Shown: positions 41,833-51,917, counted from the stretch's first letter. The stretch is 64,000 nt of DNA from an uncultured Thermoleophilia bacterium (GCA_963717285.1 CAVQVW010000002.1:187445-251444); one strand, 5' to 3'. A program made the numbers and translations. The notes: generated from the letters alone by a model not told the origin.

Positions 41833-42634
41833 GGGCCACCGCCACCGCCTGGGCCACGGCGCTGGCGACTTCGACCGTGGCCGCCGGGAGCGGCTCCGCC
41901 GCATCGCAGAAATAGACGAAGTACTCCACGTTCCCCTTCGGTCCGGGATGGCCGGAGTCGCAGACACCGAGCACGCTCGCTCCGTGTCGCACGAGCCACT
42001 CGCAGACAGTCTCGAGCACGTCGCGATGCACCGCCGGGTCGCGCACGACGCCGCCCTTGCCCACTCGTTTGCGACCCGCCTCGAACTGCGGCTTGACGAG
42101 GACCAGACCCCGATACCCGCGGCGCAGGCATTCTAGCACGGGCTCGAGGGCGACCGTCAGGGAGACGAATGAGAGATCGGCTGTGACGAAGGAGGGCGGG
42201 AACGGGAGACGTTCGCGGGAGAGGTGACGAGCGTTGGTGCGATCGCAGACGGTCACTCGAGGGTCTTCGCGGAGCTGCCAATCAAGCTGGCCGTAGCCGA
42301 CGTCGACGGCCACGACTCGGGCAGCGCCACCCTGCAGGAGGCGGTCGACGAAGCCTCCGGTGGAACTGCCGAGGTCGCAGACGTCTTCACCGGCCACGCT
42401 GACTCCCAGCGCTGCCAGCGCATGGTCGAGCTTGTCGCCGCCGCGCGACACAAAACGTCGCCGCGCCACGACTTCGAGCATGGCGCCTGGGTCAATCTGA
42501 GTGCCGGGCTTGTCGACGATACGTTCGTCGACGCGCACCTCCCCTGCGAGTACCGTCGCCTGCGCCTGGGAGCGTGACGCGAAGAGCCCTCGCGCCACAA
42601 GTAGTGTGTCGAGTCGCTCGCGCGGGCTGGCCAT
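41825..42634 (-). CDS. tlyA: TlyA-family rRNA 2'-O-methyltransferase (S4 + FtsJ domains)
   Basis: RLDTLLVARGLFASRSQA (S4 domain), DLGSSTGGFVD (SAM-binding). Confidence 0.85.
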   Translation of the reverse strand: MASPRERLDTLLVARGLFASRSQAQATVLAGEVRVDERIVDKPGTQIDPGAMLEVVARRRFVSRGGDKLDHALAALGVSVAGEDVCDLGSSTGGFVDRLLQGGAARVVAVDVGYGQLDWQLREDPRVTVCDRTNARHLSRERLPFPPSFVTADLSFVSLTVALEPVLECLRRGYRGLVLVKPQFEAGRKRVGKGGVVRDPAVHRDVLETVCEWLVRHGASVLGVCDSGHPGPKGNVEYFVYFCDAAEPLPAATVEVASAVAQAVAVAHA

Positions 42635-44518
42635 CTACCTGGCCGGGGCCAGGCTGTGACGGGCTAATGCGGCGGCGGCGACGGCCTGCGCCGTCAGTCC
42701 GATGTCCTGAAGGAGTCGCTGGCGATCGCCGTGTGGCACGAACGCGTTCGGCAGCCCAAACCGGAGCACGGGGACACCCGTACCGCCGTCGCTCAGTTGC
42801 TCCAGGACGGCGCTTCCGAACCCCCCGGCAAGCACGTTCTCTTCGATGGTGACCAGACGTTGGTGTCCCGCCGCGAGCCGCTCGATCAAGCCGGCATCCA
42901 GGGGCTTCGCGAAGCGGGCATCCACCACGGTGGGCTGCCTGCCGTCGGCGCGCAGGAGGGATGCCGCCTCGAGGGCGATCCCGACTCCCGTGCCGATGCC
43001 GATCAGCGCGACGTCGTGGCCCTCTTCGATGACCCTTCCTTCGCCGACAGGGATGGGGGTCAGTTCCGCTGGTTGCGCGAGCGGCGTCTCCATGCCGCGC
43101 GGATAGCGGATGGCGACCGGTCCGTCAATGGTCATGGCGGTCGCCAGCATGCGCTGCAGCTCCTCCTGGCTCGAGGGAGCCATGACGGTGAAGTTCGGGA
43201 TAGCTCGCAAGTAGCTGAGATCGAAGGCGCCGTGGTGCGTGGGGCCATCGTCGCCGACCAAGCCGGCGCGGTCGACGCCGAAGATCACCGGCAGATTCTG
43301 AAGCCCGATATCCTGAACGAGCATGTCGAAGGCTCGCTGCAGGAAGGTCGAGTAGATGGCGACCACCGGGCGGAGGCCGCCGATGGCCAGGCCGGCAGCG
43401 AAGACGACGGCGTGCTCCTCGGCGATACCGACGTCGTAGAAGCGGTCCGGAAAGCGCCGCTCGAAGGTCTCGAGCCCCGTCCCTTGTGTCATGGCGGCCG
43501 TGAGCGCCACGATGCGCTCGTCGTCCTCGGCGAACTGCACGAGCGCCTGGCCGAACGCGTCCGTGTAGGTGACGCCGCCCGTGGCTCGCTTGCGCTGGCC
43601 GTTCCCGATGTGGAACGGCGCGGTGCCGTGGTAAGCGTCAGGGCGCGTCTCCGCGGGCTCGTAGCCCTTACCCTTGATCGTCTTCACGTGGACGACGACG
43701 GGTCGGCGCGTCTCGATCGCCTGCGTGATGCTCGACCGAAGGGCGTGCATATCGTGACCGTCGATGACGCCGATGTAGGCGAACCCCAGCTCCTCGAAGA
43801 ACATGCCCGGGACCAGGAGCGCCTTCATCGAGTCCTTCACCTCCTGGCCGAGGCGGTACGCCTGTTGTCCGATAGCGGGAATGCGGGCCAGACTGCGCTC
43901 GAGATCCTCACGCAGGCGGGTGAGGGTCGGATCAAGCCGGATTCTGTTCAAGTACAGTTGCAGGCCGCCGACGTTCGGTCGGATCGACATTTGATTGTCG
44001 TTGAGGACGACCACGAGGGGCGAGCGCAGGTGCCCCCCCTGGTTGAGGGCCTCGAAGGAGACGCCGCCCGTCAGGGCGCCGTCGCCGAGCACGCAGACCA
44101 CGGTCTGGCCGGTCTGGCCCGCGATCTTGGCAGCTTCCACCAGGCCGAGGCCATAGCTGATCGAGGTAGAAGCGTGGCCGGTGCCGACGATATCGTGCTC
44201 TGACTCGCGTCGGCTGGGGAAGCCCGAGAGACCTCCATGCTGGCGGATGGTGTCGAACTCCGCCCGACGGCCGGTCAGGAGCTTGTGCGCGTAGCACTGG
44301 TGCCCGACGTCCCAGATGATCTTGTCCTGCGGACTGCGCAAGATGCTGTGCAGCGCCACCGTGAGTTCGACGGTTCCAAGACTGGGCGCCAAGTGGCCAC
44401 CGACCTCGCTCACGCAGGAGAGGATCGCCTCGCGGATCTCGTCTGAGAGCAGACTCAATTCGCGTTCCGAGAACTGGCGGAGGTCTGCCGTGTCGGAGAT
44501 CCTGGAGAGGTAGCCCAT
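42635..44518 (-). CDS. dxs: 1-deoxy-D-xylulose-5-phosphate synthase
   Basis: GHASTSISYGLG, GDGALTGG, DGPTHHG. Confidence 0.95.
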   Translation of the reverse strand: MGYLSRISDTADLRQFSERELSLLSDEIREAILSCVSEVGGHLAPSLGTVELTVALHSILRSPQDKIIWDVGHQCYAHKLLTGRRAEFDTIRQHGGLSGFPSRRESEHDIVGTGHASTSISYGLGLVEAAKIAGQTGQTVVCVLGDGALTGGVSFEALNQGGHLRSPLVVVLNDNQMSIRPNVGGLQLYLNRIRLDPTLTRLREDLERSLARIPAIGQQAYRLGQEVKDSMKALLVPGMFFEELGFAYIGVIDGHDMHALRSSITQAIETRRPVVVHVKTIKGKGYEPAETRPDAYHGTAPFHIGNGQRKRATGGVTYTDAFGQALVQFAEDDERIVALTAAMTQGTGLETFERRFPDRFYDVGIAEEHAVVFAAGLAIGGLRPVVAIYSTFLQRAFDMLVQDIGLQNLPVIFGVDRAGLVGDDGPTHHGAFDLSYLRAIPNFTVMAPSSQEELQRMLATAMTIDGPVAIRYPRGMETPLAQPAELTPIPVGEGRVIEEGHDVALIGIGTGVGIALEAASLLRADGRQPTVVDARFAKPLDAGLIERLAAGHQRLVTIEENVLAGGFGSAVLEQLSDGGTGVPVLRFGLPNAFVPHGDRQRLLQDIGLTAQAVAAAALARHSLAPAR

Positions 44519-44571
44519 CGTCGCAGGAGTATAGCATCCGGCTCAGTCGAGCGCGGGCCCCGCGTCTTGGA

Positions 44572-45453
44572 TCAGCGTCGCCGGTGACGGATGTAGGCGG
44601 CGACCGCTGCGAGATCGGAGGTATCCCCGGGGAGGGCGGCGATTCGCCGGCCGGAGCGTTCGTACACGGCGTTCGCAAGATGCTCCGCGCCGTCAATACC
44701 GAAGCGCGAGACGTACGTGGTCTTGTCCTGGGCACGGTCCTTTCCCACGCTCTTTCCGAGCTCATCTGCGTCTCCAGCCTCATCGAGGATGTCGTCGACG
44801 ATCTGGAACAGCAGACCAACCTCCGCCGCGAAGGCCCGGTACGGCGCGACGTCCGGGGCGCCCCCGAGGAGGGCTCCACACACCACGGCCGCCTCGATCA
44901 GCCTCCCGGTCTTCAGAGCGTGCAGGAGGCGCAGATCGACGTCGTCGTCTGCCGCGCCGGTGACATCCATGTACTGGCCGCCGACCATGCCCTGCACCCC
45001 CGTCGCGCGGGCGATCTCACTCGCTACCGCAAGGACGGTGACTGGAGCACCCTCCTGTCTATCCAGAAGGACACGGAAGGCCTCGGCGAACAGTCCGTCG
45101 CCGGCCAAGATCGCGATGTCCTCGCCGAACCTAACGTGGCATGTGGGGCGGCCGCGGCGCAGGGTGTCGTCGTCGATGGCCGGGAGATCGTCGTGGATCA
45201 ACGAGTACGTGTGGATGAACTCGAACGCCGCCGCGGTCGGGAGCGCTCTCGCCGGGTCGCCGCCCAGACTGCGTGCCGCAGCCAGTGTCAGGACCGGTCG
45301 GATGCGCTTGCCGCCGGCGAGGAGCGAGTAGCGCATCGCCTCGACGAGGCGCTCGGCTCGGGTGTCGGCTTCGAACTCCACCGCGAGGAGGTACTCCTCG
45401 ACCATCGCGAGCAGGTCTGTCGGATACGTTCCCCTGTCGATCTCCTCAGGCAT
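44572..45453 (-). CDS. ispA: Polyprenyl (farnesyl/geranylgeranyl) diphosphate synthase
   Basis: First Asp-rich motif LIHDDLPAIDDD and second motif QIVDDILD. Confidence 0.85.
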   Translation of the reverse strand: MPEEIDRGTYPTDLLAMVEEYLLAVEFEADTRAERLVEAMRYSLLAGGKRIRPVLTLAAARSLGGDPARALPTAAAFEFIHTYSLIHDDLPAIDDDTLRRGRPTCHVRFGEDIAILAGDGLFAEAFRVLLDRQEGAPVTVLAVASEIARATGVQGMVGGQYMDVTGAADDDVDLRLLHALKTGRLIEAAVVCGALLGGAPDVAPYRAFAAEVGLLFQIVDDILDEAGDADELGKSVGKDRAQDKTTYVSRFGIDGAEHLANAVYERSGRRIAALPGDTSDLAAVAAYIRHRRR

Positions 45454-45471
45454 GGCAGTGGAGGGGTGCTC

Positions 45472-45684
45472 CTAGCCCGAGGCGTGCCCGACCCGCTCCA
45501 GGAGTCGGCCGGCCTCTTCGACCAGCTCGGTGGCCTGCTCCAGCAGGGTCAGCTCGACCTCTCCGGTGCCCGAACCCAAGAGACGCTCCTCCAGATCCTC
45601 GATCTGCCCTATCAGCGAATGGACCCTCTCCATGGGGTCCGCCATGTCGTGAGACCCACTCGATTCGGACGCTGCCTCAGTCAT
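45472..45684 (-). CDS. Small acidic helical protein in the xseB position (possible exonuclease VII small subunit-like; weak)
   Basis: 70 aa; the helix-turn-helix-like pattern IGQIEDLEERLLGSGTGEVELTLLEQATELVEEAGRLLE loosely fits XseB. Lies between nusB and ispA as in Firmicutes. No xseA in the window. Confidence 0.35.
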   Translation of the reverse strand: MTEAASESSGSHDMADPMERVHSLIGQIEDLEERLLGSGTGEVELTLLEQATELVEEAGRLLERVGHASG

Positions 45685-46198
45685 CGCCGCCGTCCTCCTG
45701 CTCGCGCTGCGCGGCCCCCAGGATGCCGTTCACGAAGGCGCCGGCCTCGTCGGTCGAGTAGCGCTTGGCGAGTCTGACCGCCTCGTCGATGGCTACTGGC
45801 GCCGGGGTGACACCGCTCTTCATCTCCCACAGGGCGAGGCGGAGGATGCTGCGCTCGAGAGGAGCCATGCGGCTGAGCGGCCACGCACTGGAGAGCATGG
45901 TGAGCTGCGCGTCGATCTCTCCCCGCTTCGCCAGGACACCCTCCACGGCGTCAATGGTGAAGTCGTCAGGCGCGTAGCCCTCACGTCTTCGTAGGCCATC
46001 GACGAGCTCTTTCATGGACAACGATGTGACCTCACGTTGATAGAGCAGGAACACAGCATCTCGCCGAGCCTGCTTCCTGCTGGGTCTCGTGGCGCTCAGT
46101 GGCGTTGCCGTCTCGAGATCAGGTTGGCTCGATGGCGAACAGGGGCTGTCCGTACTCCACGGTCTGTCCATTCTCCGCCAGGATGTCGCGAACGACAC
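45677..46198 (-). CDS. nusB: Transcription antitermination factor NusB
   Basis: RKQARRDAVFLLYQ, ERSILRLALWEM, AIDEAVRLAKRYSTDEAGAFVNGILG. Start uncertain (ATG at 46198 or 46171); either overlaps the upstream gene by 53-80 nt. Confidence 0.8.
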   Translation of the reverse strand: MSFATSWRRMDRPWSTDSPCSPSSQPDLETATPLSATRPSRKQARRDAVFLLYQREVTSLSMKELVDGLRRREGYAPDDFTIDAVEGVLAKRGEIDAQLTMLSSAWPLSRMAPLERSILRLALWEMKSGVTPAPVAIDEAVRLAKRYSTDEAGAFVNGILGAAQREQEDGGDD

Positions 46199-47954
46199 CG
46201 TCGATGTCGGCGGTCAGTTCGTTCATCATCTTCATCATCTCGAGGATGCAGAGCGTCTGACCGGCCTCGACGGTGTCGCCGATCTCGACGAACGTCGGCG
46301 ACTGAGGCGAGGGAGCTCTGTAGAAGGTCGCCACCCACTTGGAGCGGACGACGTGGTGTCCGTTGGCGCTCGCATCCGTGGCCTCAGCCGCGGCGGTGCT
46401 CCCCGCAGCCGCCCCCACCGGAGTCGCCACGGGTGCAGCTCCCGCTTTGCGTACCGTGACTTTGAGGTCGCCTTCCTCGATCACGACCTCATCGACCTCA
46501 CTGTCCTCGACCATCGTCAGGATCTCGCGCACACGGTCTGCCGAGGAGTCGGCGAGCGCTGCGCCGATCTGCGTGGCGAGGTAGCGCTCGTGCATTCCGA
46601 ACACGTCCGCCTCTGCACCGACCTGGTGCCGCTCCAGATAGGTCCGTGCCGTCTGCGGGAAGAGCGCGTAGCTGATGACATCCTCCTCCGACCGCGCCAG
46701 GTCGCCTATCTCCTCCCGGTACCCATCGACCGTCTCGTCCACAAGATCGGCCGGCCGGCCCGTGATGGGCTTCTCGTCGCCGAGCACTCGTTTGACGACC
46801 TCGTCCGAGATGGGACCGGGCGCCGCGCCGTACATGCCGCGGATGTAGGCCTTCATCTCGTCCGGGACGATGTGCCAGCGACGGCCGGAGAGCACGTTGA
46901 GGACGGCCTGCGTCCCGACGATCTGAGACATCGGGGTCACCAGGGGTGGGAAGCCGATCTCGGCGCGAACGATCGGGATCTCCTCGAGCACCTCGGGCAT
47001 GCGGTCGAGAGCGGTCTGTTCCTTGAGTTGGCTCTCGAGATTGCTGATCATGCCTCCGGGCACCTGATGAGAGTACACCTGCATGTGGGTGAGCGAGGTG
47101 ACGCCACGCTCGTGGCCGATCTCGACGCGAACCCCCTCGAAGTACTTGGCGATCGTGAAGAGCCTGTCGAGATCGAGTCCGGTGTCATACGGCGTACCGA
47201 TCAGCGCCGTCACCACCATCTCGGTAGCCGGCTGGGAGTTGCCGAAGGCGAGCGGCACGGTGGCCGTGTCGATCACGTCGACGCCGGCCTCGACGGCCTT
47301 CAGGTACGTCATCGGGGCGAGCCCACCGATGTAGTGACAGTGGAGCTGGATGGGGACGCTGATCTCGGCCTTGAGGCGCCCGATGAGCTGCTCAGCGTAG
47401 TATGGAGAGAGGAGTGCCGCCATGTCCTTGATGCAGATGGAATCGGCGCCCATGTCGACCAGCCTGTGGGCGACTTCGAGGTAGTGATCGAGCGAGTGCA
47501 CCGGCGAAATCGTGTACACCACCGCACCCTGGAAATGCTTCCCGGTCTCCTTGATCGCCGCGGCGGCCGTCTCGAAGTTGCGGACGTCGTTGAGCGCGTC
47601 GAACACTCGGAAGATGTCCATCCCGTTCTCGGCCGCCTTGTGCACGAAGCGGCGGACGATATCGTCGCCGTAGTGACGGTAGCCGACGATGTTCTGGCCG
47701 CGCAGCAGCATCTGCAGGGGCGTGCGCACGACATGCTTCTTGATCAGGCGCAGACGCTCCCACGGGTCCTCGTCGAGGAAGCGCAGGGAGGCGTCGAAGG
47801 TCGCGCCTCCCCAGCACTCGAGCGAGTGGTAGCCGATCTCGTCCATCTGCTCGAGGATGGGGAGCATCTCGTTGGTGCGCATGCGCGTCGCCCACAACGA
47901 CTGGTGGCCGTCGCGCAGCGTTGTATCGGTGATCTGTACTTGACGGGCGCGCAT
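46119..47954 (-). CDS. Carboxyltransferase (5S/OadA/PycB-type) fused to a C-terminal biotinyl carrier domain
   Basis: ITDTTLRDGHQS HMGL-like N-terminus, Ala/Pro-rich linker, C-terminal biotinylation motif CILEMMKMMNE. Confidence 0.85.
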   Translation of the reverse strand: MRARQVQITDTTLRDGHQSLWATRMRTNEMLPILEQMDEIGYHSLECWGGATFDASLRFLDEDPWERLRLIKKHVVRTPLQMLLRGQNIVGYRHYGDDIVRRFVHKAAENGMDIFRVFDALNDVRNFETAAAAIKETGKHFQGAVVYTISPVHSLDHYLEVAHRLVDMGADSICIKDMAALLSPYYAEQLIGRLKAEISVPIQLHCHYIGGLAPMTYLKAVEAGVDVIDTATVPLAFGNSQPATEMVVTALIGTPYDTGLDLDRLFTIAKYFEGVRVEIGHERGVTSLTHMQVYSHQVPGGMISNLESQLKEQTALDRMPEVLEEIPIVRAEIGFPPLVTPMSQIVGTQAVLNVLSGRRWHIVPDEMKAYIRGMYGAAPGPISDEVVKRVLGDEKPITGRPADLVDETVDGYREEIGDLARSEEDVISYALFPQTARTYLERHQVGAEADVFGMHERYLATQIGAALADSSADRVREILTMVEDSEVDEVVIEEGDLKVTVRKAGAAPVATPVGAAAGSTAAAEATDASANGHHVVRSKWVATFYRAPSPQSPTFVEIGDTVEAGQTLCILEMMKMMNELTADIDGVVRDILAENGQTVEYGQPLFAIEPT

Positions 47955-47980
47955 CGCGTCCTCCTGTCCCCGACGCGCCG

Positions 47981-48547
47981 TCAGGCGCGGCTCAGATACT
48001 CCCTGGTGCGCGTGTCGACCTTGACGCGCTGACCCTCATCGACGAACAACGGCACCTGCACGACGGCGCCTGTCTCGAGGACGGCCGGCTTCGTGGCTCC
48101 CTGAGCTGTGTCGCCGCGCACACCGGGATCCGACTGAGTGATCGTCAGCTCGACGAAGTTGGGCGCCGCCACCTCAAACGGGGCGTCGTTGATGAACAGG
48201 AGTTCGACCTCCATGTTCTCCACGACCCACTCGAGCGCGTCCTTGGCCATGGCGCGGCTCACGGAGACCTGCTCGTACGTCTCATTGTCCATGAGGACCA
48301 CTTCGTCCTCGGTCGAGTAGAGGTAGGCCATCTTGCGCGACCGGGTGTGCATGCGCACGAACTTCTCGCCGGCGCGGTAGGTCTTGTCGAGGACCGCACC
48401 ATTGGCGATGTTGCGCACTTTGGTGCGGACGAACGCGCCACCCTTGCCAGGTTTGACGTGCTGGAACTCGACGATCGTGAACGGCTGACCGTCGATCTCG
48501 ATCGCCATGCCGCTCTTGAACTGGTTCGTGGTGACTACTTCTGCCAT
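47981..48547 (-). CDS. efp: Elongation factor P
   Basis: FQHVKPGKGGAFVRTKVRN. Start set to ATG at 48547. Confidence 0.9.
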   Translation of the reverse strand: MAEVVTTNQFKSGMAIEIDGQPFTIVEFQHVKPGKGGAFVRTKVRNIANGAVLDKTYRAGEKFVRMHTRSRKMAYLYSTEDEVVLMDNETYEQVSVSRAMAKDALEWVVENMEVELLFINDAPFEVAAPNFVELTITQSDPGVRGDTAQGATKPAVLETGAVVQVPLFVDEGQRVKVDTRTREYLSRA

Positions 48548-48633
48548 GCGGATCCTATGTGAATGCGAAGGTGTGAGCGGACCAGAACGCTGGTAGGCCA
48601 TGATACAGCAAGCTCACGCCGGGGTGTAGCGAC

Positions 48634-49758
48634 TCAGTCGAGGACTTGCAGATCCTTGGCATGGGTCGTGAGACGTTCGCAGCCGTCCTCGGTGACGAGC
48701 ACCGTGTCTTCGATGCGCACGCCGGCGACACCCTCGACGTAGATGCCGGGTTCGACGGTGCAGACCATGCCCGCGCGCAGTACGTCCCCCCTTGTGCTGC
48801 CGAGGTCCGGTGCCTCGTGGATCTCGAGGCCCACGCCGTGGCCGGTGCCGTGGCCGAAGTCGTCGCCGTGGCCGCCAGAGGCGATGACGCGGCGGCAGGC
48901 GGCGTCGACGTCGTCGCGGCCGTGGGCGCCGCTGCGCACGGCCGCGAGTCCGGCCATCTGGGCGGCGTGGACCAAGGCGTACATCTCACGCAGCTCCGAC
49001 GCCGGCTCACCGGCTGCGAACGTACGAGTGATGTCGCTGCAGTAACCGTTGACTCTCGCGCCTGTGTCGATGACGACGAACTCCCCAGCAGCGATGACCC
49101 GGCTGCCCGGGAGTGCGTGGCCGTGGGCTGCGTGATCACCTGCGGCGACGATTGCAGGAAAGGCCTCTCCCTCAGCACCCAACCGGCGGAAGGCGCTCTG
49201 CAGCGCCCAAGCGACTTCAGCCTCGGTGCGGCCCGCGAGTCCTTGGAGCGTGACCGCCCGAAGAGCCTCGTCGGTGACCGCCGCGGCACGCCGTATCTGC
49301 TCGATCTCGTATGCGTCCTTGACCGCGCGCAGGCGGCTTACGCGGCGGCGCAGGTCGCGCAGACGACCGTCGTGGCGCCGTCTCAGCCGCCGGTATCCCG
49401 CGTAGCTGAGGTGCGTCCCCTGAAATCCGAGAGCCGCGGCCGGTCCGAGATGCGCGGCTGTGGCCGCGGCCGTCTCGGAGATCAGGTCTCCGCGGGTCTT
49501 GACAAGCTCAAAGCCGGCGACTTCCTGATGGACCTGCGGCCAGTAGCGGGAATCGGTGCAGATGAGCGCCACATCCCGGCTCACAACGAGGGTCGCGTCC
49601 TCCCCTCGAAACCCGGAGAGGTACCTTGCGTCGTGGCTGTCGCTGATCATCAGGGCATCGAGGCCGGCCTCCGCGATGAGGTCGCGGCAACGGTGCAGGC
49701 GATCGGCCATCGTCGGCCTGGGTGGGCCTGCAGTCTTCGCCGGAGCGCGTCGGCTCAT
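48634..49758 (-). CDS. pepP: Xaa-Pro aminopeptidase (M24B)
   Basis: HGTGHGVGLEIHE, VEPGIY. ATG at 49758 forms an ATGA overlap with the aroQ stop. Confidence 0.85.
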   Translation of the reverse strand: MSRRAPAKTAGPPRPTMADRLHRCRDLIAEAGLDALMISDSHDARYLSGFRGEDATLVVSRDVALICTDSRYWPQVHQEVAGFELVKTRGDLISETAAATAAHLGPAAALGFQGTHLSYAGYRRLRRRHDGRLRDLRRRVSRLRAVKDAYEIEQIRRAAAVTDEALRAVTLQGLAGRTEAEVAWALQSAFRRLGAEGEAFPAIVAAGDHAAHGHALPGSRVIAAGEFVVIDTGARVNGYCSDITRTFAAGEPASELREMYALVHAAQMAGLAAVRSGAHGRDDVDAACRRVIASGGHGDDFGHGTGHGVGLEIHEAPDLGSTRGDVLRAGMVCTVEPGIYVEGVAGVRIEDTVLVTEDGCERLTTHAKDLQVLD

Positions 49759-50222
49759 GGGCGCCGGCGCTCGGTGGACGCGTCGGCGAGCGCCTCCACG
49801 GCGTCCATGTACCCTTCGGCTCCCTTCCCGCTGATACGCACGGTCGCGAGATCGGCGATGACCGAGAGCCGACGCCACTCCTCACGCTCATCGATCGCTG
49901 AGAGGTGGATCTCAGCAATGGGGGCCTGAACGAGTTCGAGGGCGTCGCGGATGGCGTAGCTGTAGTGCGTCCAGGCACCGGGGTTCATGAGCACTCCCGC
50001 AGCCCCCTCGCGGGCAATCTGATGGAGCTTCTCCACGAACTCGCCCTCGTGATTGGTCTGGAAGCAGCGCAACGAGAAACCCCTGCTCGCCGCGCGCTCG
50101 GCGACCATGCCCTCGAGTCGTTCCAGTGTGAGAGTCCCGTAGTGCTCTGGATCGCGACGGCCGAGCATGTCGAGATTGACTCCGTGCAGCAGCCAGAGCG
50201 TCTTCAACGGCGTGTCAGCCAC
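49755..50222 (-). CDS. aroQ: 3-dehydroquinate dehydratase, type II
   Basis: LLHGVNLDMLGRRDPEHYG, HLSAIDEREEWR. Start is GTG at 50222 (SD-like GGGAAG upstream) or TTG at 50207. Confidence 0.85.
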   Translation of the reverse strand: MADTPLKTLWLLHGVNLDMLGRRDPEHYGTLTLERLEGMVAERAASRGFSLRCFQTNHEGEFVEKLHQIAREGAAGVLMNPGAWTHYSYAIRDALELVQAPIAEIHLSAIDEREEWRRLSVIADLATVRISGKGAEGYMDAVEALADASTERRRP

Positions 50223-51295
50223 TCGACCGCTTCCCTTTCCATCTCGGCGGAGACGGGCACGCCGAGCACCGGTCTGCCCAGCTCCTCCAGCAACACGTAG
50301 CCGACGCCGTCCTTGCCGGCCTTCTTGTCGCGTCGCGTGAGGTCGCAGATCAAGTCGACCGGCACCTCGGTGGCGCGCTTCGGCAGGCCTAGTCCGTCGA
50401 GCAGCGCCTGTCCCCGGGTGGCATCGGCAGCAGACAGGCCGCAGAGCTTCTCGGACAGCCATAGCGCGGCGCGCAGGCCGAGCCCCACAGCTTCGCCGTG
50501 CGAGAAGCGCGAGAACTCAGTGGCCCCCTCGATCGCGTGACCGATGGTGTGGCCGAGGTTGAGCACCGCGCGCGCACCGGACTCCTCGCGCTCGTCGGCC
50601 GCTACCACGTCGAGCTTGCGCTGGATGCACGAGGCGACCAGCGCCTCGCTGATCTGCTCGGAGGAGAGGCGCTCGCGAGCGGCCAGACCCTCGCAGCGCT
50701 CGAGCAGCTCACCGCCGTCGACCAAGGCGTACTTGGCTACCTCCGCGGATCCGCTGCGCAACTCGTGGCCGGGCAGGGAGATCAGCGTACCGACGTCGAC
50801 GAACACCAGGGACGGCTGGTAGAAGCAGCCGACATAGTTCTTGCCGGAGCGGAAGTCCACAGCCACCTTGCCGCCGATTGCCGCGTCGACCTGCGCGAGC
50901 AGCGTGGTGGGCGTCTGGACGAAGCGAACCCCGCGTTGGTAGGTGGCCGCGACGAAGCCGATGAGGTCGCCGATGACGCCGCCCCCGAGCGCCACGAGTG
51001 TGTCGCTGCGCCGCAGGCCGCGGTCGTACAGCACACCGTAGAGCTCTTCGGCGCGGGCCAGGCTCTTCTGGGCCTCCCCGGCCGGGATGACGATCTGGGA
51101 GACCGGATAGCCGGCTTCCCTCAGGCTTTCGCCGGCGGTGCCGAGGTAGAGAGGCGCCACGTTCTCGTCGCAGCACAGCACGATCTGGCCCCCGGGAACG
51201 CGGGCTTCGAGAGCCCCGCCGAGTGCCGGCAGGCAGCCCCTACCGACGAGCACATCGTAGTCGCGGGAGGCCGTGAATGCAGAGAGCCTCCTCAT
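50204..51295 (-). CDS. aroB: 3-dehydroquinate synthase
   Basis: GGGVIGDLIGF, LNLGHTIGHAIE. Confidence 0.9.
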   Translation of the reverse strand: MRRLSAFTASRDYDVLVGRGCLPALGGALEARVPGGQIVLCCDENVAPLYLGTAGESLREAGYPVSQIVIPAGEAQKSLARAEELYGVLYDRGLRRSDTLVALGGGVIGDLIGFVAATYQRGVRFVQTPTTLLAQVDAAIGGKVAVDFRSGKNYVGCFYQPSLVFVDVGTLISLPGHELRSGSAEVAKYALVDGGELLERCEGLAARERLSSEQISEALVASCIQRKLDVVAADEREESGARAVLNLGHTIGHAIEGATEFSRFSHGEAVGLGLRAALWLSEKLCGLSAADATRGQALLDGLGLPKRATEVPVDLICDLTRRDKKAGKDGVGYVLLEELGRPVLGVPVSAEMEREAVEWLTRR

Positions 51296-51323
51296 GGCCC
51301 GCCGGATCCATCGAGTCGCCCGC

Positions 51324-51917
51324 TCATGCCCCGCGCTTCCCTGGTGCGGGGACGGTGCCTGTGCCCGTGGACGCGGATGCGATCCACGCTACCTCGTCGG
51401 CGACATCTGACTTCGGGCGCCCACCGTCGTTCATCACCGCGTCGGTCGCAACGGTGGCGTAGAGAGCGGATCGCTCTTCCAGTAGACGGCGGAACCGCTC
51501 CTCGTCCGAGGCCAGAGGTCTGCGACCGGCCGACGTCTTGACGCGCGCCCAGAGAACGTCCGCCGGAGCCGTGAGCCAGACGACGTGGCGCAGGCGCCCG
51601 AGCGTCTCGCGAACCTCGGGACTCAGCACGGCCCCTCCACCCAGGGCGACCACGGAGGGGCGCTGGAGCGCCGCCGTGAGCGCCGCGCACACCTCGTCAC
51701 GTTCGAACTGGCGAAACGCCTGTTCACCGCGGGCGGCGAAGATCTCGGCGATGTCGCCGTGGCGCTGCTCGACCAGCACATCGCTATCGACGAAGGGACA
51801 GCTGAGGCTGGCCGCCGCGAGCCTTCCGATGGTGCTCTTGCCGACCCCCATGAATCCCACGAGGGCGACTGCTGACGGAGGGTTGGTGGTCGAGCTCTGA
51901 CCGGTCGAGGCACTCAC
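51324..51917 (-). CDS. aroK: Shikimate kinase
   Basis: GFMGVGKSTIGR Walker A, ALGGGAV. Confidence 0.85.
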   Translation of the reverse strand: MSASTGQSSTTNPPSAVALVGFMGVGKSTIGRLAAASLSCPFVDSDVLVEQRHGDIAEIFAARGEQAFRQFERDEVCAALTAALQRPSVVALGGGAVLSPEVRETLGRLRHVVWLTAPADVLWARVKTSAGRRPLASDEERFRRLLEERSALYATVATDAVMNDGGRPKSDVADEVAWIASASTGTGTVPAPGKRGA

